Part shown: piece after piece, positions 22,519 through 32,446 of the stretch
Position numbering within the stretch: the stretch's first letter is position 1
How the letters are laid out: every line of letters starts with the position of its first letter
Assembly: GCA_016180845.1 (NCBI GenBank)
Contig: JACPAK010000001.1
Span: forward strand, 425,497-489,496
DNA from: Deltaproteobacteria bacterium
GTDB taxonomy: Bacteria > UBA10199 > JACPAL01
Direction of reading: 5' to 3'
Length of the DNA stretch: 64,000 nucleotides
Made by a program: the position numbers and the translations under genes
The notes under the pieces: generated by a model
The model's input: only the letters and a program-made list of their open reading frames with translations
The model's database searches: none
What the model was told of the DNA's origin: nothing

Positions 22519-23496
22519 TTATCGTAATTTTTCCCTAATCGTTGTGAGGAGATATTTTCCCCTCCTTCGGACCTCATTGGCTGTGGCCTTCAGAATTGTC
22601 TTCTTCTCGATCCGATAATGCAGATAAAAAGGGACCACACAGCCACATCGATCACAATCGGCCTTTGGTCCCAGCATACATTTTGGTTTGATCTCCCCCT
22701 TTGTGGTCAACGAATGCCCCCTCTTTTCAAAGATGCAGTGATCCGTCACATTTTTTGAGTTTCCGGACTTCATCAGCTCCAAGACCCTCTCCGGCATATC
22801 GATAAAATCGCCATATTTTTCTCTTTTGAGCTGAATCAGACGATCGATGCAGGCATCCCGCTTCTCCCATCCGGGCCAAAGGTCATCCGACAAACCCTGA
22901 ATCGGGGTATAAAAATCGAACATAAACCCCTTCAGATGGGGACGCCAGTCATCCAGGACCTCTTCAATCGTATCGATATTCAGGGAGGTAATGCACATTG
23001 TCCCCTTCACATTTAGATGGGACCGACTGCAGTTTTTCATCATTAAATCGTAGAGCCCCTTTTGTCGTCTCATCTTCTCATGCGCCTCACGGTTTCCATC
23101 AATCGAGACATGGAAATAGACATCAGGCCAATCAGGGAGCGGTGTCGTTCCATTCGTCACAATAAGATTGTGAAGAAAGTGTTTCTTGCACTGTTCAATG
23201 ATCCCCTTTCGGAGTAAAGGCTCTCCCCCAACCCAGGTACAGCTATGCAAGAAACGGGACCTGTTTTTTAATTCCATGATCTTTTTTTCCCAACCTTCGA
23301 CATCGAGGATCCCTTCCTGCTCTTGCTCGAAGAAATAACAATGCTCGCACCTCAAATTGCATTGGTCGGTTACGTCGATCGAGATAAAAGACCCTTTTGG
23401 AAAACCGTTGAGGAAAAAATAGATCTGGGGAATCAGATGATATCGAAAGAAAGGTTTAATCTCCTGATTGGCGCCGGCGTAAGCTTCCGTTGACAT
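22519..23496 (-). CDS. radical SAM protein with C-terminal Cys cluster
   Basis: CNLRCEHC (CxxxCxxC) near the N-terminus, a GGEPLL motif, and a C-terminal C-x8-CDRCGC cluster. Confidence 0.85.
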   Translation of the reverse strand: MSTEAYAGANQEIKPFFRYHLIPQIYFFLNGFPKGSFISIDVTDQCNLRCEHCYFFEQEQEGILDVEGWEKKIMELKNRSRFLHSCTWVGGEPLLRKGIIEQCKKHFLHNLIVTNGTTPLPDWPDVYFHVSIDGNREAHEKMRRQKGLYDLMMKNCSRSHLNVKGTMCITSLNIDTIEEVLDDWRPHLKGFMFDFYTPIQGLSDDLWPGWEKRDACIDRLIQLKREKYGDFIDMPERVLELMKSGNSKNVTDHCIFEKRGHSLTTKGEIKPKCMLGPKADCDRCGCVVPFYLHYRIEKKTILKATANEVRRRGKYLLTTIREKLR

Positions 23497-23549
23497 AGCT
23501 GTTCGAGGGAGATAGCTGATTTCATCCTGTCACGCAATAAGGAACTCCG

Positions 23550-23873
23550 ATGTCTCAAATGACCCTGACCAACTACGAATCAGGAGATGTCTTGATCACC
23601 AACGGATCAGGAACCTCTATAAGGCTTGCCCGAGAGTTTGCAAACCGGCTTATCCTTTATGCCCGAATGCATGGAATTGATGATTTTTATCAGCATCTTC
23701 CCGAGCTGATCTCTCACCCAGAGCTGGTTCAATCAATCCGATCCCTCTTCGATCAGGCAAAGACCGCCTCCGAGCGTTGGAATCTAAAGGAAAAATTCGC
23801 CCGCCTTTCAACCCTCGCCAAATCCTATGTCTCGAAAAATCCTGGGGAGGTTATGGAGGTCGTTTGTCTCTGA
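23550..23873 (+). CDS. hypothetical protein (107 aa)
   Basis: ORF divergent from the radical SAM gene and directly upstream of the dipeptidase. I recognise no motif. Confidence 0.4.
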   Translation: MSQMTLTNYESGDVLITNGSGTSIRLAREFANRLILYARMHGIDDFYQHLPELISHPELVQSIRSLFDQAKTASERWNLKEKFARLSTLAKSYVSKNPGEVMEVVCL

Positions 23874-24883
23874 CACGGGAGCCCTCTCAGGAGGCGATTG
23901 AACTCCACCGATCCTCTCTCGTGATTGACCTCCATGCCGATACGACGATGCCGATGAAATGGGTCCGGTATCGGATCGAGAAGAGCCATACGCCAGGCCT
24001 CCCCGGGAAGTTCGGCTTCTTCCATTGCGACATCCCCCGTTTTCGGGAGGGGGGGTATAAGGGACAGTTTTTGGTGTTAGGAACCTTCCCCTATCCAGAA
24101 AAGGGCTGTTTCGAATCCTGTCTCCGTCAGGCGGCGCTGATCAAAAAAAGAATTGCGGAAAATTCTTCAGACCTCCAGTTGGCAACAACGGCTCAGGGGA
24201 TCCTCGAGGCGAATCAAAAAGGGCGTATTGCGATACTCCTCGGTGTCGAAGGGGGGCACAATATTGAAGCGGATCTCCATAACGTTCAAAAATTCTTTGA
24301 TCTGGGTGTGGGGTACATCGGTCTCGCCCACTTGACGAAGAATCGGATTTGCACCCCTTCTGGGGGTGTCGGAGCGGATGCCAAGACCCCTTTGACTCGT
24401 TTTGGTCATGAGGTCGTCAACGAAATGAACCGTATCGGCATGATGATCGATTTAGCCCATGTCGGACGTCAGTCCTTCTTGGACGCCGCGAAAATCTCCG
24501 ACAAACCGGTGATTGTCAGTCATACCGGTATCTCTTCCGTGCGTCCCCTCTGGAGAAATATTGATGACGACCAGATCAGGGCAGTTGCCAAGACCAATGG
24601 TGTCATCGGGATTATCTTTGCCTGGCGTTATCTTTGTCGGGGACAAAGGGGGGGGATGAACGATCTCCTCCAGCATTTTGAGCATGTCAGAAAGCTTGTC
24701 GGGGCACGCCATCTGGCGTTGGGAAGTGACTTCGACGGGGCGATCGTCCCGGTTCATGGTCTCGAGGACGCCTCGAAACTTCCGATGCTGACTCAGATGT
24801 TTTTGGATTTCGGTTGGAAGGAAGAAGAGATTCGATCGGTTTTAGGTGAAAATCTGCTTCGCGTTCTTAAGGCTCACGAATGA
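23864..24883 (+). CDS. membrane dipeptidase (peptidase M19)
   Basis: Motifs DLHADT, GVEGGH, LAHL..N, DLAHV, SHTG and GSDFDG. TTG 23864 has GGAGG 4 nt upstream; the track ORF starts at TTG 23777. Confidence 0.85.
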   Translation: MSLTREPSQEAIELHRSSLVIDLHADTTMPMKWVRYRIEKSHTPGLPGKFGFFHCDIPRFREGGYKGQFLVLGTFPYPEKGCFESCLRQAALIKKRIAENSSDLQLATTAQGILEANQKGRIAILLGVEGGHNIEADLHNVQKFFDLGVGYIGLAHLTKNRICTPSGGVGADAKTPLTRFGHEVVNEMNRIGMMIDLAHVGRQSFLDAAKISDKPVIVSHTGISSVRPLWRNIDDDQIRAVAKTNGVIGIIFAWRYLCRGQRGGMNDLLQHFEHVRKLVGARHLALGSDFDGAIVPVHGLEDASKLPMLTQMFLDFGWKEEEIRSVLGENLLRVLKAHE

Positions 24884-26093
24884 GTTGGCATCCGCCGCGC
24901 CCACCTGCTGAGACTGGTCGAGACAACGACTGACCTGGCCCCCCTGGCAAGAGGTCACACTCGTCGCCCATCTTGTCATCATCACGATCGATTTGTTCCT
25001 CGTTAAAGAAATAAACACAATTGTCATTAGTGTCTTTTACCCCATCACCATCATAATCATCGTGGCAGGCGATACCACGATTTTCGCCGGCGGATATCTG
25101 CTGATCTGTGTTTGGGACAAGCGGACAATTGTCCATCCCGTCGAGAACACCATCGGAATCGAGATCGGGATCCAAAGGTCCCGCCCCGTTCTGAAAAGTA
25201 GGTCCCTCAATCTCTTGAAGGTCAGTCAGTCCATCATCGTCCGTGTCCTTTTTGTTGGGGTTTGTCCCGTAAAGATTCCGTTCGAGGTCGTCAGGGACAC
25301 GATCCGCATCGAGATCATTCGGATTTTCGGAGGGCTGAAGGGGAGGAATCGGATTCTGATCACAGACATCCCCGCTCCCATCTCCATCGGTGTCAAGCTG
25401 ATCGGCATTCGCTGTCACAGGACAGTTATCTGCCTTTCCACCCGCAGCAAGTCCGCAAATGACCTCACCTGTCGGACTGATATTCGTGCCATTCGATCCA
25501 AACTCGATCTGATCGCAGATCCCGTCATTGTCGTAATCAGGATCTGTCACGATAACAACTCGCTCCCTCTCCACCGGTGTCACCGGGGTTGTCACAACCT
25601 CCTGGATAATCTGACAGTTCTCAAAGCTGTTTGTTGGGGTTGCCCCATCGATCGCAGCATTGGCAGGGCAGGGGTCGGCCAGGTTATTGGGAGAATGGCA
25701 AAGAAAGAAGTCGGTCATTTCACCGCGGCAGACACCACCATTTCCGCGACAGACATTTCTTGTCCCATCACAATGCCCATCCCCATCGGTATCCGCAGAG
25801 GCGGGACTTGTCCCGAGCGATTGAATTTCTGACATATCGCCTACTCCATCACCATCCATGTCGATATCTTCGTAGTTAATCGTTCGATCGCCGTCGCTAT
25901 CCTGATTACTGCAATTCAAATCGTAGAGGGAAAGGTAGGCAGCGGGACAACGATCAGCATCGGGACGTTCCACCGGCTCGCAAAGATCTTCCAGATAGTA
26001 ACAGACAGCACCGATCCCGGAGTTGGGAGAGGCCGAAATCGCCCCACTCAGGAGTAAAAAAGTGGTGATTGTGAGAAACAGAATTTTCTTCAT
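24867..26093 (-). CDS. secreted Cys-rich protein with thrombospondin type-3 (DxDxDG) repeats, paralog A
   Basis: Signal peptide and many D.D.DG..D..DNC-type repeats. The N-terminal ~190 aa closely match the upstream paralog. Its ATG shares one nt with that gene's TGA. Confidence 0.75.
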   Translation of the reverse strand: MKKILFLTITTFLLLSGAISASPNSGIGAVCYYLEDLCEPVERPDADRCPAAYLSLYDLNCSNQDSDGDRTINYEDIDMDGDGVGDMSEIQSLGTSPASADTDGDGHCDGTRNVCRGNGGVCRGEMTDFFLCHSPNNLADPCPANAAIDGATPTNSFENCQIIQEVVTTPVTPVERERVVIVTDPDYDNDGICDQIEFGSNGTNISPTGEVICGLAAGGKADNCPVTANADQLDTDGDGSGDVCDQNPIPPLQPSENPNDLDADRVPDDLERNLYGTNPNKKDTDDDGLTDLQEIEGPTFQNGAGPLDPDLDSDGVLDGMDNCPLVPNTDQQISAGENRGIACHDDYDGDGVKDTNDNCVYFFNEEQIDRDDDKMGDECDLLPGGPGQSLSRPVSAGGRGGCQLIREP

Positions 26094-26986
26094 CACTTCT
26101 TTCTAAAAGAAATCAGGCTACAGCCGCCAGCCCCGCCCACGGAGACGTCTGCCTCCACATCCGAGCCGGCATAACCACCACCTGTATTTGAGGGAGCTGT
26201 CGGGCCCTGACTCTCTGAATTGGTTTGTCCACCTGTTGAGGTCTGATTCGATGAAGTAGAACCTGATCGATTGCAGACATCGGCTTGGTCTGCGTTAGCC
26301 GTAAAGGGGCAGTTATCGGCGGCCCCATTAAAGAGGCTGCAGACCTGATTCCCTGTCACTGGATCGAGGGAGACACCACTCTCATTTACCAAACTGGTCT
26401 GATCACAAATCCCGTCATTATCGAGATCGGGATCGACCACAATGACTACCGTCTCTCTCTCAACGGTTGTTTCGACGACTGTTTCCACCTGACGGATCAG
26501 CTGGCAGTCTGCATAGCTCTCAACTGCTGTCGTCCCATCGATCGCTGGGTTTGCCGGGCAGGGATCTTTGACACCATCGGGTGACTGACAGATCACAAAG
26601 TCGGTCATCTCCCCGCGACACGCTCCACCATTCCCGCGACAGACATTTCTGGTGCCATCACAATGCCCATCTCCATCGGTATCGGGGGTTGTGGGATTAG
26701 TTCCTAGAGTGGAAAATTCGCTTAAGTCCCCGAGGCCATCACCATCCATGTCGACATCTTCGTAGTTAATCGTTCGATCGCCATCGATATCCTCATCGGT
26801 GCAATCGTTGTCATAGATCGCAACGAGTTCATTGGGACATCGGGCTGGATCCGGACGCTCAATCGGCTCACATTGATCTTCGATGTAATAGCAGAGCGCC
26901 CCGATGCCAGAAGAAGGTGGGGCCCCGACAGTCAAGGGGATCCCGATCCCGATCATTCCAACGAATAAAATAATAATCTTCTTCAT
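26093..26986 (-). CDS. secreted Cys-rich protein with thrombospondin type-3 repeats, paralog B
   Basis: Signal peptide and the same Cys-rich/TSP3 N-terminal module as paralog A. It overlaps the upstream lipoprotein gene through ATGA. Confidence 0.75.
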   Translation of the reverse strand: MKKIIILFVGMIGIGIPLTVGAPPSSGIGALCYYIEDQCEPIERPDPARCPNELVAIYDNDCTDEDIDGDRTINYEDVDMDGDGLGDLSEFSTLGTNPTTPDTDGDGHCDGTRNVCRGNGGACRGEMTDFVICQSPDGVKDPCPANPAIDGTTAVESYADCQLIRQVETVVETTVERETVVIVVDPDLDNDGICDQTSLVNESGVSLDPVTGNQVCSLFNGAADNCPFTANADQADVCNRSGSTSSNQTSTGGQTNSESQGPTAPSNTGGGYAGSDVEADVSVGGAGGCSLISFRKK

Positions 26987-28446
26987 AATGATTCCTCATC
27001 TCCTCCTGGCAGAACAGCCGGTGCCCCGTTTGGGGAAAAACCATCGGCCCCGATCCCGGCAACTTCTGTCAGTTCTCCTGTCTCTATGTTGTAGGTATGG
27101 GCGCCCCGTCGATGGGTGATGAAGATATGTGTCCCATCCATGAAGGCGGTCCCTTCGATCCCACCTGGAGACGTTGGCTCTGTTGATTGAATTCTCGATT
27201 GAGAGAAGACAACCGCTCCGAGTGCAAACATCCGGGTCCCTCCCTCACCTTCTGAAGTGAAGAGACGTACTCTGTATTCCATATCCCCCAAACCGGCACC
27301 GGGATACATGAACGTCACCGCTCCCATCCCGAGCGCTTGGGAGTACGAGATATGAAGGGGAATGGCTGAGGTACACCCTTCAAGTCCTTCTTCGACTCCG
27401 GAGCAAAGCGCCACACCATCCCAAAGAATCCCCTCAGAGGCAGGCGTTTCATCCGTCTCTTCATAGTTAAATTTTTCGACTCCTCGAACAACTGGCGCGG
27501 TGAGGTCGTTAAGAGGACCCGAAGCGACAATGAGCATCCTATTATCTCCCACATCCACAGCCATCTTCGGGTGGTTTCCTGTTAAGGCAAGTTCTTCGCC
27601 TAATTCGGGGGCCACCTTCTCATCGAGACTCGGATTGATCACACAGGCCCGTCCTGTCCCATCAGCAGCCTCTGCAAAGGTGTAGATAAGGCCTCCTCCC
27701 TCCACAATCGCCGTTGGTCCCATACAGCCACGGTTATTTACCGGCAGATAAGCCGACACCATCCCATCTGCTAAATTGACCGCAACGACTTGGCCAAGTC
27801 TGTACCGTGTAAAATAGGCCCAAACTCCGTCAGTAAACATCTCCATCGCCGCATCACCAATGACACTCTCTCCGAGAACCAGTCTGCCTTCAACAATACT
27901 CTCCGGGGCCAGACCATCAGAGGGATCAGCATCCCCACGATTTTCCCAAGAGGCAACATATTCCCCATCTGCGTTTTTCTCAAAGCATCGAACATAGGCG
28001 TTGTAGGCAACATCCGCCCCACCGCTGGATGACAATTCGCAAACCCTTCCATCGCTGGTCGCTGAAGGACCATGTGCCTTAAAAACTGAATTGTAGCGAA
28101 ATCCCGAACCAAAGAGACTTGGTGAACTATCACCCAAGAGGAAACGACGAGCCGAGGCCCCATCACGAGGCGTGGTACCCCTTAAAACATAAAAAACCTC
28201 GTCAGGAACAGCTGCAGAAGGAGCCCCCGCATCCGGATCAGGGGCAACGTTTGCTGGCCCCATATCCGGGGTAGCTGTTGTGACAACTGGCGGGGTTGTT
28301 CCCGAATCCCCCCCATCTCCACCAATCGCATCGGCCCCACCGTCTGAAGGGCTGCTATCACTACTCCTCCCCGCACAAGCGATAGCGATCCCGGCACCGA
28401 CCAAGGTTAGAAAGTTTCTGACTAGTGTTGCTCGTGACATAGACAT
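26983..28446 (-). CDS. putative lipoprotein, possible beta-propeller (unknown family)
   Basis: ATG 28446 has a GGAGGG RBS. Lipobox IACAG is followed by a low-complexity S/D/G linker. First gene of a three-gene operon. Confidence 0.6.
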   Translation of the reverse strand: MSMSRATLVRNFLTLVGAGIAIACAGRSSDSSPSDGGADAIGGDGGDSGTTPPVVTTATPDMGPANVAPDPDAGAPSAAVPDEVFYVLRGTTPRDGASARRFLLGDSSPSLFGSGFRYNSVFKAHGPSATSDGRVCELSSSGGADVAYNAYVRCFEKNADGEYVASWENRGDADPSDGLAPESIVEGRLVLGESVIGDAAMEMFTDGVWAYFTRYRLGQVVAVNLADGMVSAYLPVNNRGCMGPTAIVEGGGLIYTFAEAADGTGRACVINPSLDEKVAPELGEELALTGNHPKMAVDVGDNRMLIVASGPLNDLTAPVVRGVEKFNYEETDETPASEGILWDGVALCSGVEEGLEGCTSAIPLHISYSQALGMGAVTFMYPGAGLGDMEYRVRLFTSEGEGGTRMFALGAVVFSQSRIQSTEPTSPGGIEGTAFMDGTHIFITHRRGAHTYNIETGELTEVAGIGADGFSPNGAPAVLPGGDEESL

Positions 28447-28544
28447 AATTTTTTCCCTCCTGTACTCACAGATTATGATCGGCATCGAAGGGAAAAAGTT
28501 GCTAATAGATGTTGATGTTAATGTTTTTCAGTCTTTTTAGGCTG

Positions 28545-29564
28545 TTAGAGCTCTCGACCAACCGCCTTGGCAATAGGGGCAAGACGGGTCATTAATTCCT
28601 TAAATCTCTTGAAGGTCAGGGACTGCCCTCCATCGGAGAGCGCCTCTTCTGGACGCGGGTGGACCTCGACCATGACCCCATCAGCACCTGCCGCAATACC
28701 GGCAAGCGCCATCGGGATCACATATGACCAGTTCCCTGTCCCATGGGAGGGATCAAGAATAATTGGCAGATGGGTCTGTGACTTCACGACCGGGATTGCG
28801 TTGATATCGAGGGTATTGCGTGTCGCTGTTTCAAAGGTTCGGATCCCGCGTTCGCAGAGCATGACGTTCGGATTGCCCCCTGTCAGGATGTATTCTGCTG
28901 AGAGGAGCCACTCCTTGATCGTTGCCGACATCCCTCTTTTTAAGAAAACCGGTTTCTGGCACTGGCCGAGTTCCTTCAAGAGGGGAAAATTTTGGACATT
29001 CCTCGCGCCGACCTGCAGGACATCGGCATACTGGGCCACGAGATCCACATCCTCAGGCCCCATCACCTCTGTAATGATAGGAAGCCCGGTCGCCTCACGC
29101 GCCTTCGCCAATAGTTTGAGCCCCTCCTCCTCCAAACCTTGAAAGTCATACGGCGATGTCCTTGGCTTGAACGCCCCCCCTCGCAGCATATGGGCCCCCG
29201 CCTGCTTGACCGCCTTTGCGGTCTCCAAAATCTGATTCTCGCTCTCGACAGAGCAGGGACCTGCCATGATACAAAGTTCGGTCCCACCAATCTTGACCGA
29301 ATCCCCAACAGCAATCACCGTTGGTTTCTTGTGGGTTTCGAGGCTTGCCAGTTTGTAAGGCTTGCTGATCGGGACAATCGCCTCGACCCCCTCGAGGCTC
29401 TGGAGGTCGTAGAGATCCTGTTTTTTCTTCTCATGTCCGATACAGGCGATGACAAACCGATCCTCCCCATGGATTGGATGGGACTTAAACCCTAATTTTT
29501 TGACTCCCTGAATGACAGTGTCGATCTGCTTCTTGCTCGCCCCAACCTTCATGACAACAATCAT
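28545..29564 (-). CDS. aroF: 3-deoxy-7-phosphoheptulonate (DAHP) synthase, type I-beta with N-terminal regulatory domain
   Basis: 339 aa with an N-terminal ferredoxin-like ~70 aa (MIVVMK...) followed by a KDO8P/DAHPS barrel with [20 protein letters not shown] and DPSH motifs. Confidence 0.9.
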   Translation of the reverse strand: MIVVMKVGASKKQIDTVIQGVKKLGFKSHPIHGEDRFVIACIGHEKKKQDLYDLQSLEGVEAIVPISKPYKLASLETHKKPTVIAVGDSVKIGGTELCIMAGPCSVESENQILETAKAVKQAGAHMLRGGAFKPRTSPYDFQGLEEEGLKLLAKAREATGLPIITEVMGPEDVDLVAQYADVLQVGARNVQNFPLLKELGQCQKPVFLKRGMSATIKEWLLSAEYILTGGNPNVMLCERGIRTFETATRNTLDINAIPVVKSQTHLPIILDPSHGTGNWSYVIPMALAGIAAGADGVMVEVHPRPEEALSDGGQSLTFKRFKELMTRLAPIAKAVGREL

Positions 29565-29649
29565 ATCGCCATCATTCGTTGGCGGGGCAAAAAGTCAAGC
29601 AATTCAATTTGATTGATCCGGTAGAGGGTTATCGAGTAGAACCCTCGCT

Positions 29650-29928
29650 ATGCATCTGAAGAAAGAACAGATCACAAAACTTGCCCGAGCGGTCACGGCA
29701 GCACTTAAAAAATCAGGGTGTTCGCTGAAGGCTGATGAGGCTCGGATCTCGGAGAGGATTGAGTCGGTGATCCAGAAAAATATCGATGAGGAGATGATGA
29801 TCGAACAAGAGGTCAAGAAGTTGATGGAAAAGTTCCGCGACCAGATGGCAAGCGGTTCTGTCGATCCGCAGCGGGCCTATCAGATGATCAAGAAACAGGT
29901 CGCTAAGGAGAGGAATTTTATTTTATGA
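29650..29928 (+). CDS. small helical protein, possibly DUF507 family
   Basis: 92 aa, charged and helical, paired with a similar 90-aa ORF through a 4-nt overlap. The family assignment is from memory only. Confidence 0.45.
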   Translation: MHLKKEQITKLARAVTAALKKSGCSLKADEARISERIESVIQKNIDEEMMIEQEVKKLMEKFRDQMASGSVDPQRAYQMIKKQVAKERNFIL

Positions 29929-30197
29929 TTTCGGATGACCGACTCAATCATCTCGCGCATTTGATCCACAATCGACTCTATAACGATGACCTGGTTGATT
30001 ATCCTGACGAAGACAAGGCCTTGAGGGAGATCAAACGGGTCTTGACCGACTATTTTCAGACAGAGGAGGAGGCCGATCGGGTCGCTCGGGAAAAGATCGC
30101 CTCCTTGAAAAGAAATATCGTTGTGGGGAGTCGCGAATGGGAAATCCTCTACAAAAAGTATTTTGAGGAAGAATTATCCAAGCATGGCAGGGGTTGA
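29925..30197 (+). CDS. small helical protein, possibly DUF507 family
   Basis: 90 aa and translationally coupled to the preceding ORF. Confidence 0.45.
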   Translation: MISDDRLNHLAHLIHNRLYNDDLVDYPDEDKALREIKRVLTDYFQTEEEADRVAREKIASLKRNIVVGSREWEILYKKYFEEELSKHGRG

Positions 30198-30246
30198 CGT
30201 CTGATTTAGAGCCTATATACTCGGCCTTCTTTCTAGGGAATCATTT

Positions 30247-31263
30247 ATGGCGATAAGGGTTGGAATTAACGGACTTGGGCGGATCGGCAAAGGAATCGTG
30301 AGTGCCTGGGTTGAGCGAAACTTCGAGGGGCTCGATATTGTCATGATCAATGACAAGACCGAGGCGGCCTCTTTTGCCCACCTCCTTAAGTATGACTCGG
30401 TTCATGGTCGCCTTCATGCCGATCTTCGAGCTGAGGGTGACAGTGTTGTGATCGGCGGTTCTAAAAAGATTGTCCTTTATTCCTCCTCCTCACCCGAGGA
30501 GATTCCGTGGGAGGCGCATGGGGTCAATGTCGTTCTGGAATGCACCGGGAAGTTCACGAGCAAGGCGATGGCCGAAAAACATCTCCGTGGAAGTGTGAGA
30601 AAGGTCATCATCTCCGCCCCTTCAAAAGATCCCGATATCACCCTTGTTATCGGAGTGAACGACAAGACCTATGACTCGAAGAAACACCATATTATTTCCA
30701 ATGCCTCCTGTACGACGAATTGTCTCGCCCCAGTGGTCAAAATTCTAAGTGATCATTTTGGAATCGAGCGAGGCTTCATGACGACGGTCCACTCCTATAC
30801 AAACGACCAGAAGATTCTGGATAAATATCACAAAGACCTCCGTCGGGCACGGGCTGGTGGTCTCTCCATGATCCCGACAACCACCGGAGCGGCAAAGGCG
30901 ATTGGGCTTGTGGTGCCTGAGGTCGCAGGGAAACTCGATGGTCTCGCAGTTCGGGTCCCGACCGCCAATGTTTCCCTCATTGATCTTGTTGTGGAGCTTA
31001 AGAAATCAACGACAAAAGAGGAGGTCAATCATCTCTTCCAGAGGATGGCGGAAAAAGACTATCGAGGGATTCTGACGACTTCGCATGAACCGCTGGTATC
31101 GGTTGACTTCAATGGTTCCTGGGAATCAGCGATTGTCGACCTCCTGCTCACCAATGTCATCGACGAAAAATTTTTGAAGGTCCTGGCCTGGTATGACAAC
31201 GAAACCGCCTTTTCACACCGGATGCTGGATATTGCCATCCTGATCGGCAAACACCTCAACTAA
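30247..31263 (+). CDS. gap: glyceraldehyde-3-phosphate dehydrogenase
   Basis: INGLGRIGK NAD motif and active site SNASCTTNCLAP. Confidence 0.95.
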   Translation: MAIRVGINGLGRIGKGIVSAWVERNFEGLDIVMINDKTEAASFAHLLKYDSVHGRLHADLRAEGDSVVIGGSKKIVLYSSSSPEEIPWEAHGVNVVLECTGKFTSKAMAEKHLRGSVRKVIISAPSKDPDITLVIGVNDKTYDSKKHHIISNASCTTNCLAPVVKILSDHFGIERGFMTTVHSYTNDQKILDKYHKDLRRARAGGLSMIPTTTGAAKAIGLVVPEVAGKLDGLAVRVPTANVSLIDLVVELKKSTTKEEVNHLFQRMAEKDYRGILTTSHEPLVSVDFNGSWESAIVDLLLTNVIDEKFLKVLAWYDNETAFSHRMLDIAILIGKHLN

Positions 31264-31264
31264 A

Positions 31265-32446
31265 ATGATCCGCTATGTTGACAGCCTAAACCCTGCGGCA
31301 CAACGCGTCTTCCTTCGTGTTGATTTCAATGTCCCCTACGATTCGGCAGGTCGTATCCTCGATGACAGTCGTATCCAGGAGGCTCTTCCAACAATTCGCT
31401 ATCTCCTGGAAAAGAGGGCGCGGTTGATTCTCGCCTCTCATCTCGGAAGACCGAAGGGTCGAGACCCTGCCTTGAGCCTTCTTGCCATCGGTGAATATCT
31501 CACAGCCGCCTTGGGTCGGGAGGTTATCTTTCCGGAGTCTTCTGTCGGAGACGCGGTTCGTAAGCTCGTGCACGAACTGAAGGAGGGGGAGGTCATTCTC
31601 CTCGAAAACCTTCGTTTCCACCCTGAGGAGGAGGCCAACGATCCTCTCTTCTCTCAAAAACTGGCCTCATTGGCAGACATCTATGTGACTGATGCCTTCG
31701 GGACACTGCATCGTGCCCACGCCTCCACCGCAGGGATGGTGATTCATTTTAAGGAAAAAAGCGCTGGCTTTCTGATCCGAAAAGAATTGGAGACTCTCGG
31801 GAAACTCCTCTCAAATCCAAAAAGACCTTTTTATGCGATTCTCGGTGGCGCCAAGGTTTCAGACAAGATCGGTGTTATTGAAAATCTCTTGAGTCGCGTC
31901 GATGGGCTTCTCCTCGGTGGGGCACTTTCTTATACCTTTCTCGCTGCCTTGGGTCATGATGTAGGTCAGTCCAAGGTGGAAAAGGATAAGATCTATCTCG
32001 CCCAAAAGGTGCTGAGGCGCGCTACGGAAAGAGGGGTCAAGATTCATCTCCCTGTCGATCATCGGGTTGTCTTCCAGCTTGATCGCGAGAAGCCGTCACC
32101 TGTTGAAGTGGTGTCTCAGATCCGTAACGATGCCATGGGGGTCGATATCGGTCCCGAAGCAGTGGCAGCCTATCGAAAGATTTTGCAAAATGCCGAAACA
32201 ATTTTCTGGAATGGCCCGATGGGGATCTTTGAAATCCCGCCTTACGCTGAGGGGACTTTTGAGATCGCTCGGGCGATCGCGAAGCCAGGAATCACCTCTG
32301 TCGTCGGAGGAGGAGAGAGTGTCACCGCCTGCAAACAGGCTGGCGTTGCCCCCCAAATCACGCATCTCTCGACGGGTGGTGGTGCTACACTGGAATACTT
32401 GGAGGGGAAGGAATTGCCGGGATTGAAGGCGTTGGAAGCAACTTAA
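31265..32446 (+). CDS. pgk: phosphoglycerate kinase
   Basis: RVDFNVP, ASHLGRPKG and GGGA.LE.LEGK motifs. Confidence 0.95.
   Translation: MIRYVDSLNPAAQRVFLRVDFNVPYDSAGRILDDSRIQEALPTIRYLLEKRARLILASHLGRPKGRDPALSLLAIGEYLTAALGREVIFPESSVGDAVRKLVHELKEGEVILLENLRFHPEEEANDPLFSQKLASLADIYVTDAFGTLHRAHASTAGMVIHFKEKSAGFLIRKELETLGKLLSNPKRPFYAILGGAKVSDKIGVIENLLSRVDGLLLGGALSYTFLAALGHDVGQSKVEKDKIYLAQKVLRRATERGVKIHLPVDHRVVFQLDREKPSPVEVVSQIRNDAMGVDIGPEAVAAYRKILQNAETIFWNGPMGIFEIPPYAEGTFEIARAIAKPGITSVVGGGESVTACKQAGVAPQITHLSTGGGATLEYLEGKELPGLKALEAT

Noticed and set aside
24993-25832. 279-aa plus-strand ORF
   Set aside because: It is antisense to the TSP3-repeat gene. The repetitive GAT/GAC-rich coding strand yields an open I/V/R-rich antisense frame.
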